Source of the DNA: Sphagnum compactum
Lineage: Eukaryota
Length of the DNA stretch: 64,000 bases
Assembly: GCA_965153455.1 (NCBI GenBank)
Contig: OZ234493.1
Location: 15,490,213-15,554,212, forward strand
Reading direction: 5' to 3'
Of this stretch, positions 11,616 through 25,312 are shown piece after piece. The notes under the pieces were generated by a model. The model made no database searches. It was not told where the DNA came from and saw nothing but the letters and a program-made list of their open reading frames with translations. How positions within the stretch are numbered: the stretch's first letter is position 1; each line of letters begins with the position of its first letter. The position numbers and the translations under genes were made by a program.

Positions 11616-14199
11616 CAACAGACTACTCAAAAGATGTCCTTCGTACTTACTTACTTACTTGCTTACTTTGTTTGTTTGTTGGTCGTTTCCAAATGGAAAA
11701 TCCATGTTTGGAAAATTTACAGCACTAAACTTACATACAGTGGAAAACACAGCACTGTGTTTGTTAGAGATATTTGAAAAGTAATGAAAACACAGCATCA
11801 GTTCCTCCTCAGTTTGGTCATAAAGGGGGTGAGATTTCTTTTAAAAAACAGTGAAAAATAACAAGTATACTTGACTTAGAAGCTCAGATTGAAACTCAGA
11901 TTGAAACTCAGCTTAGCACCAAATTTGACCAAATCTGAATTTCACCACCATGTGTATTTTTTATTTTTACTTATTTCCCGATTGCCTTCAACTAATCATC
12001 GCTCATGTTGTTAATATTTTAGAATATCGTGCGTTTAATTAATCCTGAGTTCCAACATTTTATACCCATATTTAATAAAGTTTCATTACTTTGCCGAGAG
12101 AGAGGTTGAAAGAAGGGTTGAGAAATGAAAGAAGACCCCCAAAAGGGATGTCAATTTACAAATATTTAATTTTATAATTTTGTGATTTCTTTCCAAGCAC
12201 AACAAATTTTAGTCTCTCACTAGTAGTGATTTTTTATTTTATTTTTCCAATTTTTTTCATTTTTAGCATCATTGGATAGCATCCCAAGAAGGATTAAACA
12301 TTAAATGGTGACAAGCTTTCAAACCTGTCTAATTAGTAAAAGAGCTAGTTTTTAAAAATGCTACCAAACTCAAGTCATAGTCCAAATGTGGTGAATTTTT
12401 TTCAATTTTTTTTTCAAAATTTTGTGATTTATAAATGAAAAAAACTGAAATATTACAATGGAATAACCCCTTTTAATTTGTATTTATCTCATTTTGACGA
12501 AATTTAGCACTAAAAAACTTTTCATCCAAAAAATATGTTTAATCAAAAATTTGGAAATTTTCTTTGAAATTTGCAACAATTTTTTTTTGAAAAAAAATTG
12601 TTTCCAAGTTGTGAAAATTTGTCACCAAAAAAATCACAAAAAATTATTACATCATTTGTTCCATCATGTTTCATTTCTTCTTGTTGTCATGGTTATTCCA
12701 AGACCAAATCCGCTCCCTACATCATGATGCGGAACATGATGGTGAGCCATCATTTTGCAAAGGTGTTGTTTCTTTCATGGTTGTCAAGCATTTTGAATTA
12801 TTGTAATGGAATTGTTGAGTTTGTTGAGTACTTTTTTTTTTTTAATTTGAAAATTTTCAGGAAATGAAATTTAAAATGAAAAAAATGAAGTGAATTTTGG
12901 GGGTTTTTACAAATTTCATAATTCAAAAAATGAAAATAAATAAGGGGTTTAATTTCTATACTTGGTTTTAATAGATAGCTAAAACTATAAAAGGTCGTTT
13001 AAATCATTTTATTTTCATGTATTTTATAGCCAAATTTGGTTAAAATCTTCCCATGCATGATTGTCATTTTGGTTATGTCACAAAATTGACCAAAAAGAAA
13101 TGTTGTTGAATGTTGTTGAATTGTTGTAAGGGAATTCATTGTCAAATAATTGTAAGTTTTCCATATGGACAATTGTGTTGAATTTCTTATTAAGATCGGT
13201 ATACTTGTTTATCATCAGCATTTTTGTTTCACATTTTGCATCAAATTAGATGACATATTTGTTTGTAAATTATTTGTGTGGAATTTATGATATTTAGACA
13301 ATTATTGAGGTTTTTTACGGCTATTATTTTACAACCAACTAACTAGTCAATTTGGTTTTGCTCGTGAATTTTTAATTTGGTTTTGTTTGTAATTTTTACA
13401 GTTGGTTTTGCTTGTGAACTTTGTAGTATGTTTTGTGTGATTTCACTTGCAATGTTAGTGATTAGGCTATTGTTGTGATTTGTTTTGTTAGACATGTTTA
13501 AGTATCTTAGTTTGTTAATAAAAAGTTCATTTAAGTTTTTAGTGCTTTTTAATTTCCTCTCAACCATTTAAATAACCTAATTATTGAATTAAGCAAACCT
13601 TTGAAAGTGATCATTTTCCCAAGTAAAAAAATAATAATGTATTTAATTATAGATACAAATATCCAAGGTTCAAAGTTGAAAAAAAATCAAGATGATGAAC
13701 TCTATCAACCCAATTATCAATATGAATGTTCAAGATTTACAATTTTTTTTGGTATGTTCACGTTTAATGGTTAATGAATGATAATTGAATTTCAACAAAA
13801 TGGTAAGGTGCCAACATCCACACCTATTGTTATTGTTATCATTACAATTGACATTGCACTCAATGGCAAACCGTTGTTGGGAAATGAAATAAAATAGTAA
13901 CAACAATATAATTGTCATTCCAAGTAAACAAAAATGAATGAAAAATGCATTGTTACATTGATAGGCCAAAACTTGGCTATGTAAATCTATGTTAAATTAA
14001 AATTTTCAAAAGCATCCTACCATGCCTTTTCTTGCATAAGATTTGAGAAATCAAATACCTAAAAAAAATAAAAATTATTCAATAATAAGTTGACAAACAT
14101 AGATGAGTAAAAGGAGCATAATCCAAAGGAAAATGAAAAGTGTTGTTCTTGAATTAGAATATGATTCCACTGGTGAATTGAACACTAATAAATCAAGCT

Positions 14200-14560
14200 A
14201 AGCAAATTGGGAGTACTAAGAAGTGATGGCATTAATTCAAGCATGTAGTAGGGTTGGATTTCATTCACGATTTGAGAGATCAAATATTAATTAAAAGTGC
14301 AAAATGCAAGTGGCAAAAAATTGCAAATTCAATGTTCACGCAAATGGTCACTCACCAATACTAAAAAACAATTATGCCTACAAAGACAAGTGAGACATAA
14401 TTTATGGAGATTTCAAGCACATTTTTAATTATATGTTCTCAATAGGAAATAATACAAAGTATTGGGATTTTATACCAAAATAGAAGTTAAGTTTGAATTT
14501 GCCTCAACACTACAATAAGGCAATGTATGAAATGATGGAATATTCGTTCATGAAGGGTGA
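14200..14560 (+). pseudogene. Degenerate Myb/SANT-like (trihelix-type) ORF, probably the accessory ORF of a PIF/Harbinger element
   Basis: Manual translation, with stops and a frameshift: KWQKIANSM...AYKDK*DIIYGDFKHIFNYMFSIGNNTKYWDF...LSLNLPQHYNKAMYEMME. This fits the CKDKW..D(F/Y)K...YW...LP...YE pattern. Confidence 0.6.
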
Positions 14561-16129
14561 CCCATGTTAGTCCTCCACATGTGTAGGATCTAATGGTGTT
14601 GGACAACATGTTTGGAATTCATGTGTTGCAATCAAAAATCAAATTAGAAAAAAATGTTCTATTTAAATCCCCCTTCATCACATAAGTTAAGAGTGTCATT
14701 GGAGTCTTTTACATCATTAACACTTGTTGTTAAACAAATCCAATCACCCAAGCAATACACATTCTTCCAATAGGACCTAGTCACACAATAAATGATTTAT
14801 TTATACTATGAATGTTCCAAGATTTCATGAACAAAATCATTTAAGAAGATACATCACTTAATGTAAAGATTTTGATGTGTTAGGGAGAGTCATCAAATTT
14901 CTACCAAAGTGTTTGCAAGATAATGTGAACCAATTTTAATGAATAAATAGTTCATAAAAAGTCCATTTGGTAGTTTTTAAATGACAATGTAATATGATGT
15001 CATTGTTTAAGTGGAAATTAGAGGGTGGTTAATGAGTTAATAGAGATTATATAAGTAAAAACCCAATTAGATAACTATTTAACATATATGTTGAGAAAAA
15101 ATCAAATAAAAATTCATCAAAAGGTGATTATGATATGACTTTCAAAAATAAAGTCCATTCTAAGACATTAAAAAGTTCATAACTTTTTATGGTTAAGATT
15201 TTTTTAGCAATTTATTTGTATTTAAGTTTTTTTGGTTTTAATATATCATATATTGAACCTTTATAAGATATCCCAAAGACAATCCACTAAAGAAAATGTA
15301 CTTTTATAAAGTCACAAATAGAAGACTAGTTAATTATTTTCAATTTTAAAAGTCCATTACTTCATATTTGGTGTATGAATGTTATATTTTTTGAATATAT
15401 GTCTTTTATTCAAATTAAGAATCTTAATCCAATGGCAAATTTGACATAGTGAGAATTTTATGACATGTATTATGCATGACATTAAGCAAAAACTTATTGT
15501 GTTACACAAAAAGTGGTCCACCTTATTTTGCAATGGCCCATTTATTGTTGGTTGAAAAACTCTTAACAACACAAGATTTGAAAGAAAATCATCTTCAACT
15601 TGTAATGGCATAATGGAAGTGACCAAACATGGGAACAAGATGTTGGTGGCATCAATTGATGATATCCACACCATGAACTCATAAATCGAAAAGAGACATT
15701 TACAAGATTGAAAAATACTTCAAAACTAACAAATTGACTATTTGAAGTTGAAAGATGTTGAAATGAATAAAAAACATATAAATATGGTCTAAACCATTTT
15801 TGGATTGATTTAAATATTTGGCATGATATATTGTTAAACGACGATATTTATTGTCATTAAATGGTAATACCATCAAATGGCAAAATAATTGTAGGAAAAT
15901 TTTGGAGTGAAAGTGTTCCATGATGGTGGTATCGTTAGTGTAGTGAATTACCTTCACATGACAAAATAACCACAAAATAATTATTGGGAGGAATTTTAAT
16001 TTAAAATTGCTTGTTAATGAAAATACTCTCTTAATATAGTTGACTTAGAAATGCATCCTACCAATTGTTTAGTTATTAGTGGTAAGTATTCACTTAATGT
16101 ATTTTATTTATTCAAGGGTGAAATTATAT

Positions 16130-16270
16130 CATTGTGAGAAATCATGTCCTTTGCAACTCGTCTTATACAACTAAGAAGTGTCATTTGCAATTAATTCTAA
16201 TTGAAACTAATTGCAAAAGACATTTTTCAATTGCATAAGACAAGTCGAAATGACACAATTTCTCATACTG
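16130..16270. mobile_element. 141-bp MITE, almost entirely palindromic (Tc1/mariner-Stowaway-like ends)
   Basis: CATTGTGAGAAATCATGTC...GTCTTATACAA...TGTCATTTGCAATTA pairs with TAATTGCAAAAGACA...TTGCATAAGAC...GACACAATTTCTCATACTG. TA follows the right end. Confidence 0.75.
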
Positions 16271-17059
16271 TATCTAGGTTAATTAATCCAAGTAGAAAGT
16301 GGATAAGGGACAAATGGTTTCCTTTAATTAAGATTTGTGAAGGATATTAGGATAAGGTGAGGAAGTTTAAGAAGGTAAGGAAACCCATGTGTGATAAGGA
16401 ATCATTTTTGGTTCTTTATTATTTTTTGGCCTCATTATATTTTCATTTTATATTTTCTCTTTATCATTCTATCATTGTGTGTATGTGATTTATAAGAAGA
16501 TTAACATGTGTGAAGTAGAGGAAGGTTGTATTTATGTGAAGACAAAATATAGATAATGGATTATGGTTGAAAGTCAACTTGTGAATTTTTTTTTAGTGTG
16601 TTTTTCCTTGAGTTTTTAGATGTGATGAATATAGTTTATTTTTTAGTTGATATAAAATATTATTATCTTTAATTTAGTTCTTTTTTCTTTTGCGATAAAA
16701 AATATTATTTGTATTGTTTACTAGATTAGGAAGGTAGGTCTATTGCACAATGGTAAACAAACTAAAGGCAAGGGTTGCAAAGGGGAGGTAGTAGCTAGTT
16801 ATTCATCATGGAATTGTAGATGATAGATTGCGCCCATTTTACTTCAAGGAAAACACTACAAGTTCAAAGGTGGATTATGTCTATTCCATATTCTTGCCAT
16901 GCTTATTTGTCACCCTAGATATATTTGGGTTTGGAATGTTCACCAAAAAAAAAATCTTCTTTCAAATGTTGCAACATAGTCTTGAATAACATAAATTTGA
17001 ACTATAGCAACTTCTTTTAACACAATAAATACCTATTCCATATCTATCTCATGAAGACA

Positions 17060-17990
17060 TATGGATAAATCAGGTAATACGCAATAGCAAGTGATCAAAT
17101 CAAGAACAAAGGTAATGTGCATTTATGTCTTTGTTTGTAGTACATGAAATGTTTATTGTAATATGTCAAAGGCATTTTCTACAATACCAAACTCACCTAT
17201 GCTTCTTATTATGAAACATATCAAGAATGTTGTGATTTCTTTCTTTCTATAGTGTCATCAACAATGACTATAGGGGATACCCCTTATTTTGTAACAAATA
17301 GAAAACAACGTCATCTTAACTTTTGTTTTCATTAAAAAGTCCGTGAAATTGAACATGATAGTAAAGCCTATTAATTTTTGAAGTATTTTAGAATGATTAC
17401 ACTTCTTAGAAGACAAAGAAAGAAGTTAATAAACTATTTTTTTTGTGATTTATGATTGTTTTAAAACAGAAAATTGTAGTATCTAGTTTTGTGGTGAAAA
17501 TAATCCTCACAAAAGGGTCTAAAAGGTTTTGAAACAAAAAAATGTGTACCGTCAATGGCCCCTTCTATGCTTAAGGAACCACAAAATGTTTTGAAGCTAG
17601 GTGCATCACCATGTCCATCTTACATTTTAGATGATCAAACAGTGAACTTAATCTTGAAAACAATGTTGATAATTGTGATGGCCTCTTTAAAAACAAATGA
17701 AACTATTGATCAACTCATTATAAATAATTCATCGCAAACCAATAGATTACAAACTTGTGCAATCTTGTACAAGGCACAAGCTACTTGCACTTGTACTAGG
17801 ATAGATAGTTTTATATTGTGTGTCATGCTTACAAATCAAAGGCCTTGGATGATTGACAATGACAAGAAAAATTTATTTCTTCATTCAAAAGTTTCAAAAC
17901 TAGCATGTATCATCATATTTTGTAATGAAAAAAATGGAGAACTAAGTCATTGACCTAGCCTTCACCCAATGATTGAGGTTTGCAACCAAC
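17060..17990 (-). mobile_element. Decayed PIF/Harbinger (HARBI1-like DDE) transposase
   Basis: Minus-strand translation with many stops: QVACALYKIAQ...DELF...FKTFCGSLSIEGAIDGTHFFVSKP (GAIDGTH at 17562-17542)...YLLQNKGYPL...HNKKHR...IVENAFDIL. Confidence 0.85.
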
Positions 17991-20172
17991 AACCCAAGTT
18001 GCAAACAATGTTATGATGATGTACACACTAATGTAATGACAACCTAAATGTTGGTTGCATTGATCAACTTTGGTACTAAACCTAAAAAGGGGGCATATCG
18101 ATTTGAAAACACACTATTTGCAATAACAAGTTCAATAAAACAAAATCTTATAGCAATTGTAGAATTGTCTTCAAAATCCATCAACATGTGATAATCTTTC
18201 ATAATTCAAAAAAAACAACACAAGATACAAAACAAAAGAAAATATAATATAATAATCATAATCATGTGGAACACAACAAAGTTGTTATCATTTGTAAAAG
18301 ATGCACAAAGATGAATATGGTTTTCATAAAGAAACAGAACTTCAAGAAGTTATATATCTTCATGCAAAGACATCGTTTTGAGAACAACTTCATGTAAAGA
18401 CAATGTTTCAAAAAAACATCACATAGAAACAAAGACAAAGTTTTACAATGAAATCAAACAAATGTTCAACATCAAATAAACATTGTGGAGCAAGTGTAAC
18501 ATGAACATAATGGATTGATGAAGGGCAAACATTGTAGGCATTCTTGTGTCACACAATCATCATGCTATGATGAGAATGTTGCAACTTTGTGTATAGGCAA
18601 TCTAACCACTTTTGTCAAAATTCTAGTTTAAGGTCTAATTAGTTTAAACAAAATTGTAGTTGGATTCATTGTTATGTAACTCAACTAAAGTGATTGTTAA
18701 TTCAACATTAAGTGTAAACACATGTTTATACCGATAATGTTAAGCTACCTTCTTTAAATGTTGTTAGGGGTAAATAATTTAAACCCTAACATTAGTTAAT
18801 GTCAGGGGTTAATTTTTCAAAATAACAAACATTAAAGGTGAACATATTGTTAGATACTGCCATAAACCTCCCATTACATATGCAACCTTGAAAGGAATTT
18901 AACATAAGAGTTTTACATGAGTTCATTTGTGGTTGTGTTGCAACCTTTTATTGACAAATTTTACCCCAAAAAAAAAATTAAACATGAAAAAAGGAAAAAT
19001 TTGAAGTGATTTTTGAAATTTCAATTATCATACTTTAATATATGGTTATAATAAGTAACAAAAAAACATGAAAATATGATTTTAAAAAACACATTCATAT
19101 GTATTTTATAACCAAATTTGGCAACATCATCTTGAAGTTGATCATTGCTATTGTCTTTTATTATGAATGATCATTGCTTTCAGTACATCACAAAATTCAT
19201 AAAACAAAAAACACAAAAAAATGTGTCAAAATTTTTACTTTTACTATAAAGCAATGTTGCAAGTGTGAAATTGAATAGAATTGTTACAATTTGTACACAT
19301 ATATTAAAATTAGAGAATGATGTGTTAAAAGTTCCAACTCATTGTAAAAAGCTCATTGCAATTTGCATGCAACATGTAAGTTACTTATGCCTTCATCAAG
19401 GCAAGTCTTAAAAATGATTAAAGGCATTGATTTCAACAACCTCATTGGGCACAAATTTTCTTTGCACATAACTTGAAGCCCATGAAGCTATATTTACAAA
19501 AGTTAAATGTTAGTTTATTGAAATTAACTCTTCAAAACAATTCAAGGGTTCCTTACTAACAAACTCATTGGCCATACATTTTTTTTCCACATCCCTAAAC
19601 ACAAACTTATTTCACATACCATGTATATTTGTGTATTTTTTACACTAATATTATAACCCTTGTCCATAAGTACACTAGACCTTTATAAATGGGTATTAAT
19701 CAAAATTAAAAATGGTGACAAACAAATGTAAAGATATAAAATTTGCTCAACCAATGGAACAAGGGGGCGTTCTATTTTTTTTTTAAAATTTCTTTCTAGT
19801 TTTGGGAGGAGGGTGGGAGGGGACAACCAAGTAAGTGATAATTAACTAAACAAAAAGTTATAATTAAGTCTCTTTACTAAAATTTCAATTTTCACAACTA
19901 GTTCCTGGGAGTGCAAGAGGTGAGATAACATACACACTTAGATGTAATTTACCTTCACTAGAAGTACAAGAAGAGGGCAACTAGGTGCCAATTAATAAAT
20001 ATAAAATATAAAATACTTGTAGTTGTGTATCCTAAGAAATAGTTCTCTTGCTTGCATACATAGCACATCACTTGCCCACACTTGTGTTCTTGAAACTTGT
20101 AAAAGTGACCCAAGGAGAGGAACTCCATCCTTCAAAATAAAACCTTCTATTTTAGGGAGCCTCTATAATTCA

Positions 20173-20204
<32 letters not shown>

Positions 20205-20599
20205 CAGTTTTGGGGTGATGGGTCAATGAAAATGAGTCATTGCAATAAGTAAGTAAATAAATAAGTAAATAGCACTCCACTAATTAATGCAAAGAACAAT
20301 GAGTACCTACCTTAGACCAGGGTTTAAAACAATACTTTGTTATAGCTTTGAATTTGGTGGCAATCCAATCCAATCCAATGCTCTTTGGTTCCTTCTCACC
20401 TTCTTGGGGGAAAAAAAAAAACCATGAACTCAAGACAACCCATGTGAGGAAACTATGGTGTGGGCGGGTGCATACGAATGAGTGTCACATAATGGAACAC
20501 TCTTGGGGAGCTCCTCATCAATGTTGGAGCCATGGTGACAGCACACATAATGGAAGGATTTCACCGACCACTCACTCATGAAAGGAGGGAGAAATGAGA

Positions 20600-20655
20600 A
20601 GCATTGAGTGAGTGAGTGAGTGAGTGAGTGAGCCAGCAAGCAAGCAAGCAAGCAA
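20600..20655. repeat. (GAGT)n and (GCAA)n microsatellites
   Basis: Directly visible. Confidence 0.9.
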
Positions 20656-21525
20656 TGGGGATCATAATGGGTGAAGAAGACTTTTGTAGTAAAGCCGGAG
20701 ATTGCACTCCTACACTGGCATAGAATGATTGACAAAAAGCATTGGAAAGAAAACAACATGAACATAACATTTGAAGGAAAGAACCAGCTATGCAGCACGG
20801 CGCACACTCGACCCGTGGTTCTCAAAAATCAAACAAAGTTCACACTTATACATAACCATGGTTCTCAACAGAAAGACCAAAGAATCGACTACTATATCTA
20901 ACTAACTCCGGTTCTCAAAGAGCTCAACGAATCAATCAAAGAACCTTCTATAGAACTATCGGTTCTTTGCCGGTTCTTTCATGAGAATTGTGGGTTCTTT
21001 GATTTTTTAAAACACCCACCCTCTTTAGTTTCATTTTCTTTTCTTTTGATACCCACCGGGTATAATGAGGGAACCCCCCCCCCCCCCCCAGTCTCATAAG
21101 TTTGTATGTTGGGTATCATACCCTTAGAAGTGAGGCCTTTATCCTACACATAATAACCCGTGAATTATCATGGCTTGAGACTTGAGTCCGGTGGGCCGTA
21201 AATATACGTGGGTAGAAAAAATGTAATTAGCTAATTACATTTTTATTACCCCTTTTTTGGTGGTGTATAAGGGATCCATCCACGTACGGAAGATTATACT
21301 CACTTTGACTTGATCCCTTGAAAGAAGTATTATGTATTATTATCTACCATGTGGGCTTGTAGCAATAAGCAAAGGAACAAAGGGCTGGCTAATTATTTCA
21401 TGAAAAAAGTGGAGCCAAAAAAAAAAAAAAAGTGTATTAGATATAACAACCCGATTGCTTTCATGTGCGAGTAATGATTAAAAGAACCGATGACAAAAAC
21501 TCGACAAAAAAAGTGGGGTCGACAC

Positions 21526-21645
21526 GTTATGTTTTCGATTGCCAATGATGAACGAACTTTGTTATTAAGGATGATGGATCGATCATGTTATGTTTTCGAT
21601 TGCCAATGATGAACGGACTTTGTTATTAAGGATGATGGATGGATT
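21526..21645. repeat. ~60-bp tandem duplication
   Basis: GTTATGTTTTCGATTGCCAATGATGAACG(A/G)ACTTTGTTATTAAGGATGATGGAT occurs twice. Confidence 0.9.
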
Positions 21646-22159
21646 GATCGATCACATAACCCTCGATTCAAATAGACCGACCACAAAACCCTCAATTCAC
21701 TTAGACCGACCATGTCCTAAGTAGGGAAAAGAGGGAGAGAGAGAGATAAACCCTTGATATACCCGTAATAGTAGTAATAAGAATAACTAGGGTTTGGCAT
21801 ATGCTCATTAATGGGTTCTCATGAGTAAAATGGGTTGTGACAATCAAGGCACGTTCCCATTTTATATAGGGAATACGAAGGATGTCGTATATGCCAGATT
21901 TTTGGAGTGATCAAATCGTAAATTGTTCCTTTTCAACAAAAGCAACTCTTCGAAGAAGATAGATCGCATTTGATATGTTCTTCAGCTTTTGGAGATTGTG
22001 GGCATGACTTTTTTGGTAAGATTGGTGACAATTATTTGCTCAAGTTTCAATATTTTTTTTTCGGGGTGGCTTGGAGTTTGGACGAACCGGGGATGGATTT
22101 ACAACACATGGGTGGTCATCGTGTTCGAATCTCTCTCTATAATTATTGTTTTTAATTAC

Positions 22160-22398
22160 TTGCCGGATTTTAATTACTTCCCTAACCACGGTCAAGAATG
22201 GCCAAGAAGAATGGCTCATTGACGGTTTCCTTCCTTGACCATGGTCAAGAGAATGGTTCGTTGCCGGATTTCTTCGGTGACCATGGTCAAGAATGGCCAA
22301 GAATGAATGGCTCATTGCCGTTTCCTTCCTTGACCATGGTCAAGAGAATGGTTCGTGGCTGGATTTCTTCGGTGACCATGGTCAAAGATGGCTCATTG
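22160..22398. repeat. 95-bp tandem repeat (~2.5 copies), two TGACCATGGTCA palindromes per unit
   Basis: Palindromes at 22234 and 22329 (16-bp CTTGACCATGGTCAAG) and at 22278 and 22373 (12 bp), with a variant at ~22183. The period is exactly 95 bp. Confidence 0.9.
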
Positions 22399-25125
22399 GT
22401 ATGGCACCACCAACAACCGTATGTTTTTGGATCCACTTTGTTGGCCTCCGAACCCCATGTTGAGTTTTGGATTTTCTAGTAGGGTCCATCTTGGAGTTGC
22501 CTATTGGAACTTTTGTTTTTGGCACAAAACCCATTTGTCTTACTACCATGTTGATTGAAGACAATTATGCAAAGAGAACGTGGTAGTTAAAACTATTTTA
22601 TGTAATTGTATCCGAAGAAAGACACATATTTCTTGTCATACTTCTTGTTAGTTTGTGCTATTTGGGAAGCATGTCTTTAAGTTACATCATGTACTTTGCA
22701 ATGGAGTAGACACATTAGTTCACCTTTACACAAGAGCGAAACCTTAGTAGCATGAATGTAGGAAAACCTTAGTAGCATGAATGTGGGCAAGTACTAAAAA
22801 GGTTAGGAAAGTGGGAAAATGGACAAAGGGTGAAGGGTGGGAGGGTGGGTGGAGGAGAGGGTGGGGATCTTCATTGTACCACAACATGAGAGAAATAGCC
22901 TAGCCCAGCTTTGGCCTAGCTATATTTGTCTCATGAGAAAAAGAGAAAGAAAGAAGAAACAAAAGCAAGAGAACTTGTCTCTTTTTAGGGTTGCAATGAA
23001 AAAGATGATCTCTATAGATTTGGGTATAGGGATTAATGGGCCATCCTCTCCCTCTTATGAAATTGATTGTAGAAAAGGATGCTGGGTCATCCACTATCTA
23101 AAACTATAATCCAATCAATGCAAAGTTTTTTCCAAACTATCTAAGCTACCATTGAAATTCTGAATGCCTTTTGTATTCAAAATTCAGTCTTTCTACCATG
23201 AGGACCCTTTATCAATCTGAGTGTTGTTTCACCTCGAAATCCTTCCGGTTGTGTATATTTATTTATTTTATGGGTGAAAGCATGGTAAAATATACACAAA
23301 AAGTTAATGTAAGCCACAAAAGAAAATGGGGTCTTTATATAAAAGGGATCTTTATACTTTTTATATATTTTTTGGGTTGTCATTTGGGTTGATCCTAGTA
23401 TATAGAGACCCCATATACTTTTCAGGTGTTTTCAAGTAGAAAACAAGGTAGCAAGCATGTACAAATTATCTTGCTTGCACCTTCATCCGGTTTTGAAAAA
23501 TCTTCTTCCTTATTAGCAATTACCTTCTTTGGTTTTTTTTACTTTGCCACCCACATTGGTTGCTCGCCCCCCTTTTTTTTAATGTAGGTTGGCTGAATTC
23601 CTCTTCTTTGATCTTCACAATTTCCCTTATCTTTTCCACAAAATTCAAATGTTGTGAAAACACAATAAAGATTTGCTTTCCAAAACGTTGTACATTTTTT
23701 TCACTACAAGGGATCTTCATATGTGAAGGTTGGGAAGCCCTTCCTACCGATTAGAGTGCACTAAAATTTGACACTTTCAAAGATGGTCCATTGCTTGGAG
23801 AAGGTTCTCACATTTCTTGGAATTTTTGATTCTACCCTTTAGATTGTGAAAACTCTCCATGCTCCATGGCTTACCAAAAAAATGTGAAAAGAAATTAACA
23901 ACAATTTGGACTATCATGCACAAAAAAACTCAAATGTAAAAAGGCTTCAACAAACTTGAAGAACATAAAAAACATGATTAGGGAAAGACACATGATCCCT
24001 TTTTTATTATAGTACTTAGGGTTTTAGGGTTTAGGGTTTTGTGAAGGGAGCCACCATAAACTCCCTCCAATTTTGTTTTTCAAAAACAATTATGTTTAAT
24101 ATGCCTTTAGGGACATTAATTTTGTGTATTATTTTTGTGGGGGTGAGACATCAAAAATCCCTCCCACTTTTATTCTTCAAATTTATCTTATGAATTCGTT
24201 TACATAGTCTTTTTTTGAAAATTATGTCCACTTTTTTTTTTAAAGAAAAAGAAAATAATGATCATTTGTCATGGTCATGTTTAAGTTTGGCGGGTTGGAG
24301 GTGGGGAAAGACCCCCACCACTTCCCTCCAACTTTTATTCCAACATGACTTTCATCCAAAACCATTTGGTTGGGCTTGGGCCCCAAAACACCCCAATGTA
24401 AACCCAAAATGACCATCCCAAGCCGCTTTGGGTCAATCAAGGACTAAAGATTGCAATGGGGCTTGGCCCATGGTCTTTAGTGTAAACATGGCCTTAGTAT
24501 GGAAAACCAAAAACAAACATTGTACTTGAGCTTAGTTTCTTAAACTATGTAATCATACAATTTAGCCATCGATCATGTTATATTCGCTTATCAAACTTCA
24601 TGGGCTTTGTCATTTATGCCTTGCATTGTTTTGCATAAAACCACATGGTTCATGTTTTGATTTTCCACACATAACCCAAAAACTTGATATGGTATGTAAT
24701 TCTTCATGGGATTTGAACCCATCATCACAAAGAAATAATATTTAGTTATTACCATTAGTCTACTTCCTACCATTTCAAAATATTTTTTTAAAAAAAAATT
24801 ATTTAAAATTTTTAGGATATTAATCAAACATTAGAGTAGAATTACATAAGGTGCCACAAAATATTTTCTAATTTTTTTAAACACCTTGCAAGGTTTGATA
24901 AGGGTGTTTAACATCCCATTTCAATCTTTTTCTTAAATTGCACCTTTCGATAATTAATTTTCACAAAACTCTTAAATAAAATTAAAACAACACAAAAAAT
25001 ATTTTGCCGCCTCCTGACTCTTAATCTTGAAGTTTGTCAAGCACTCTACCAACATAATCACAAATTATTCATTGGAAAATTCATTGGTCATTGGACTTTG
25101 ACCTTCATCTAACATGTTATAGAAC

Positions 25126-25312
25126 GGGCATGACTTGGTTGATTTTCATTCTTAACAAACTTGTGACCAAGCCCTTAGCAAGGCAAGATGGGCAAATCTT
25201 GGTTGATTCTAATTCCTAGCAAACTTATGATCGAACCCAACAAGGTGAAATGAACATGATGTGGTTGATTATGATTCCTAGCAAGCATGTGGCCTAGCTC
25301 ATCAAGGCAAGG
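25126..25312. repeat. Degenerate ~62-bp tandem repeat (x3)
   Basis: TGGTTGATT....ATTC(C/T)TA(G/A)CAA....CAAGG recurs three times. Confidence 0.7.

Noticed and set aside
15357-15975. Possible further transposase fragment (ASIDDIHT resembling GAIDGTH)
   Set aside because: No supporting downstream motifs could be read.
17555-17953. 132-aa plus-strand ORF
   Set aside because: It is the antisense shadow of the Harbinger transposase relic. Most other short ORFs in the track are likewise antisense or alternate frames of real genes, or low-complexity sequence.
22160-22398. Palindromic repeat-spacer pattern resembling CRISPR
   Set aside because: The spacers alternate A-B-A-B with a fixed 95-bp period, which is a tandem duplication.
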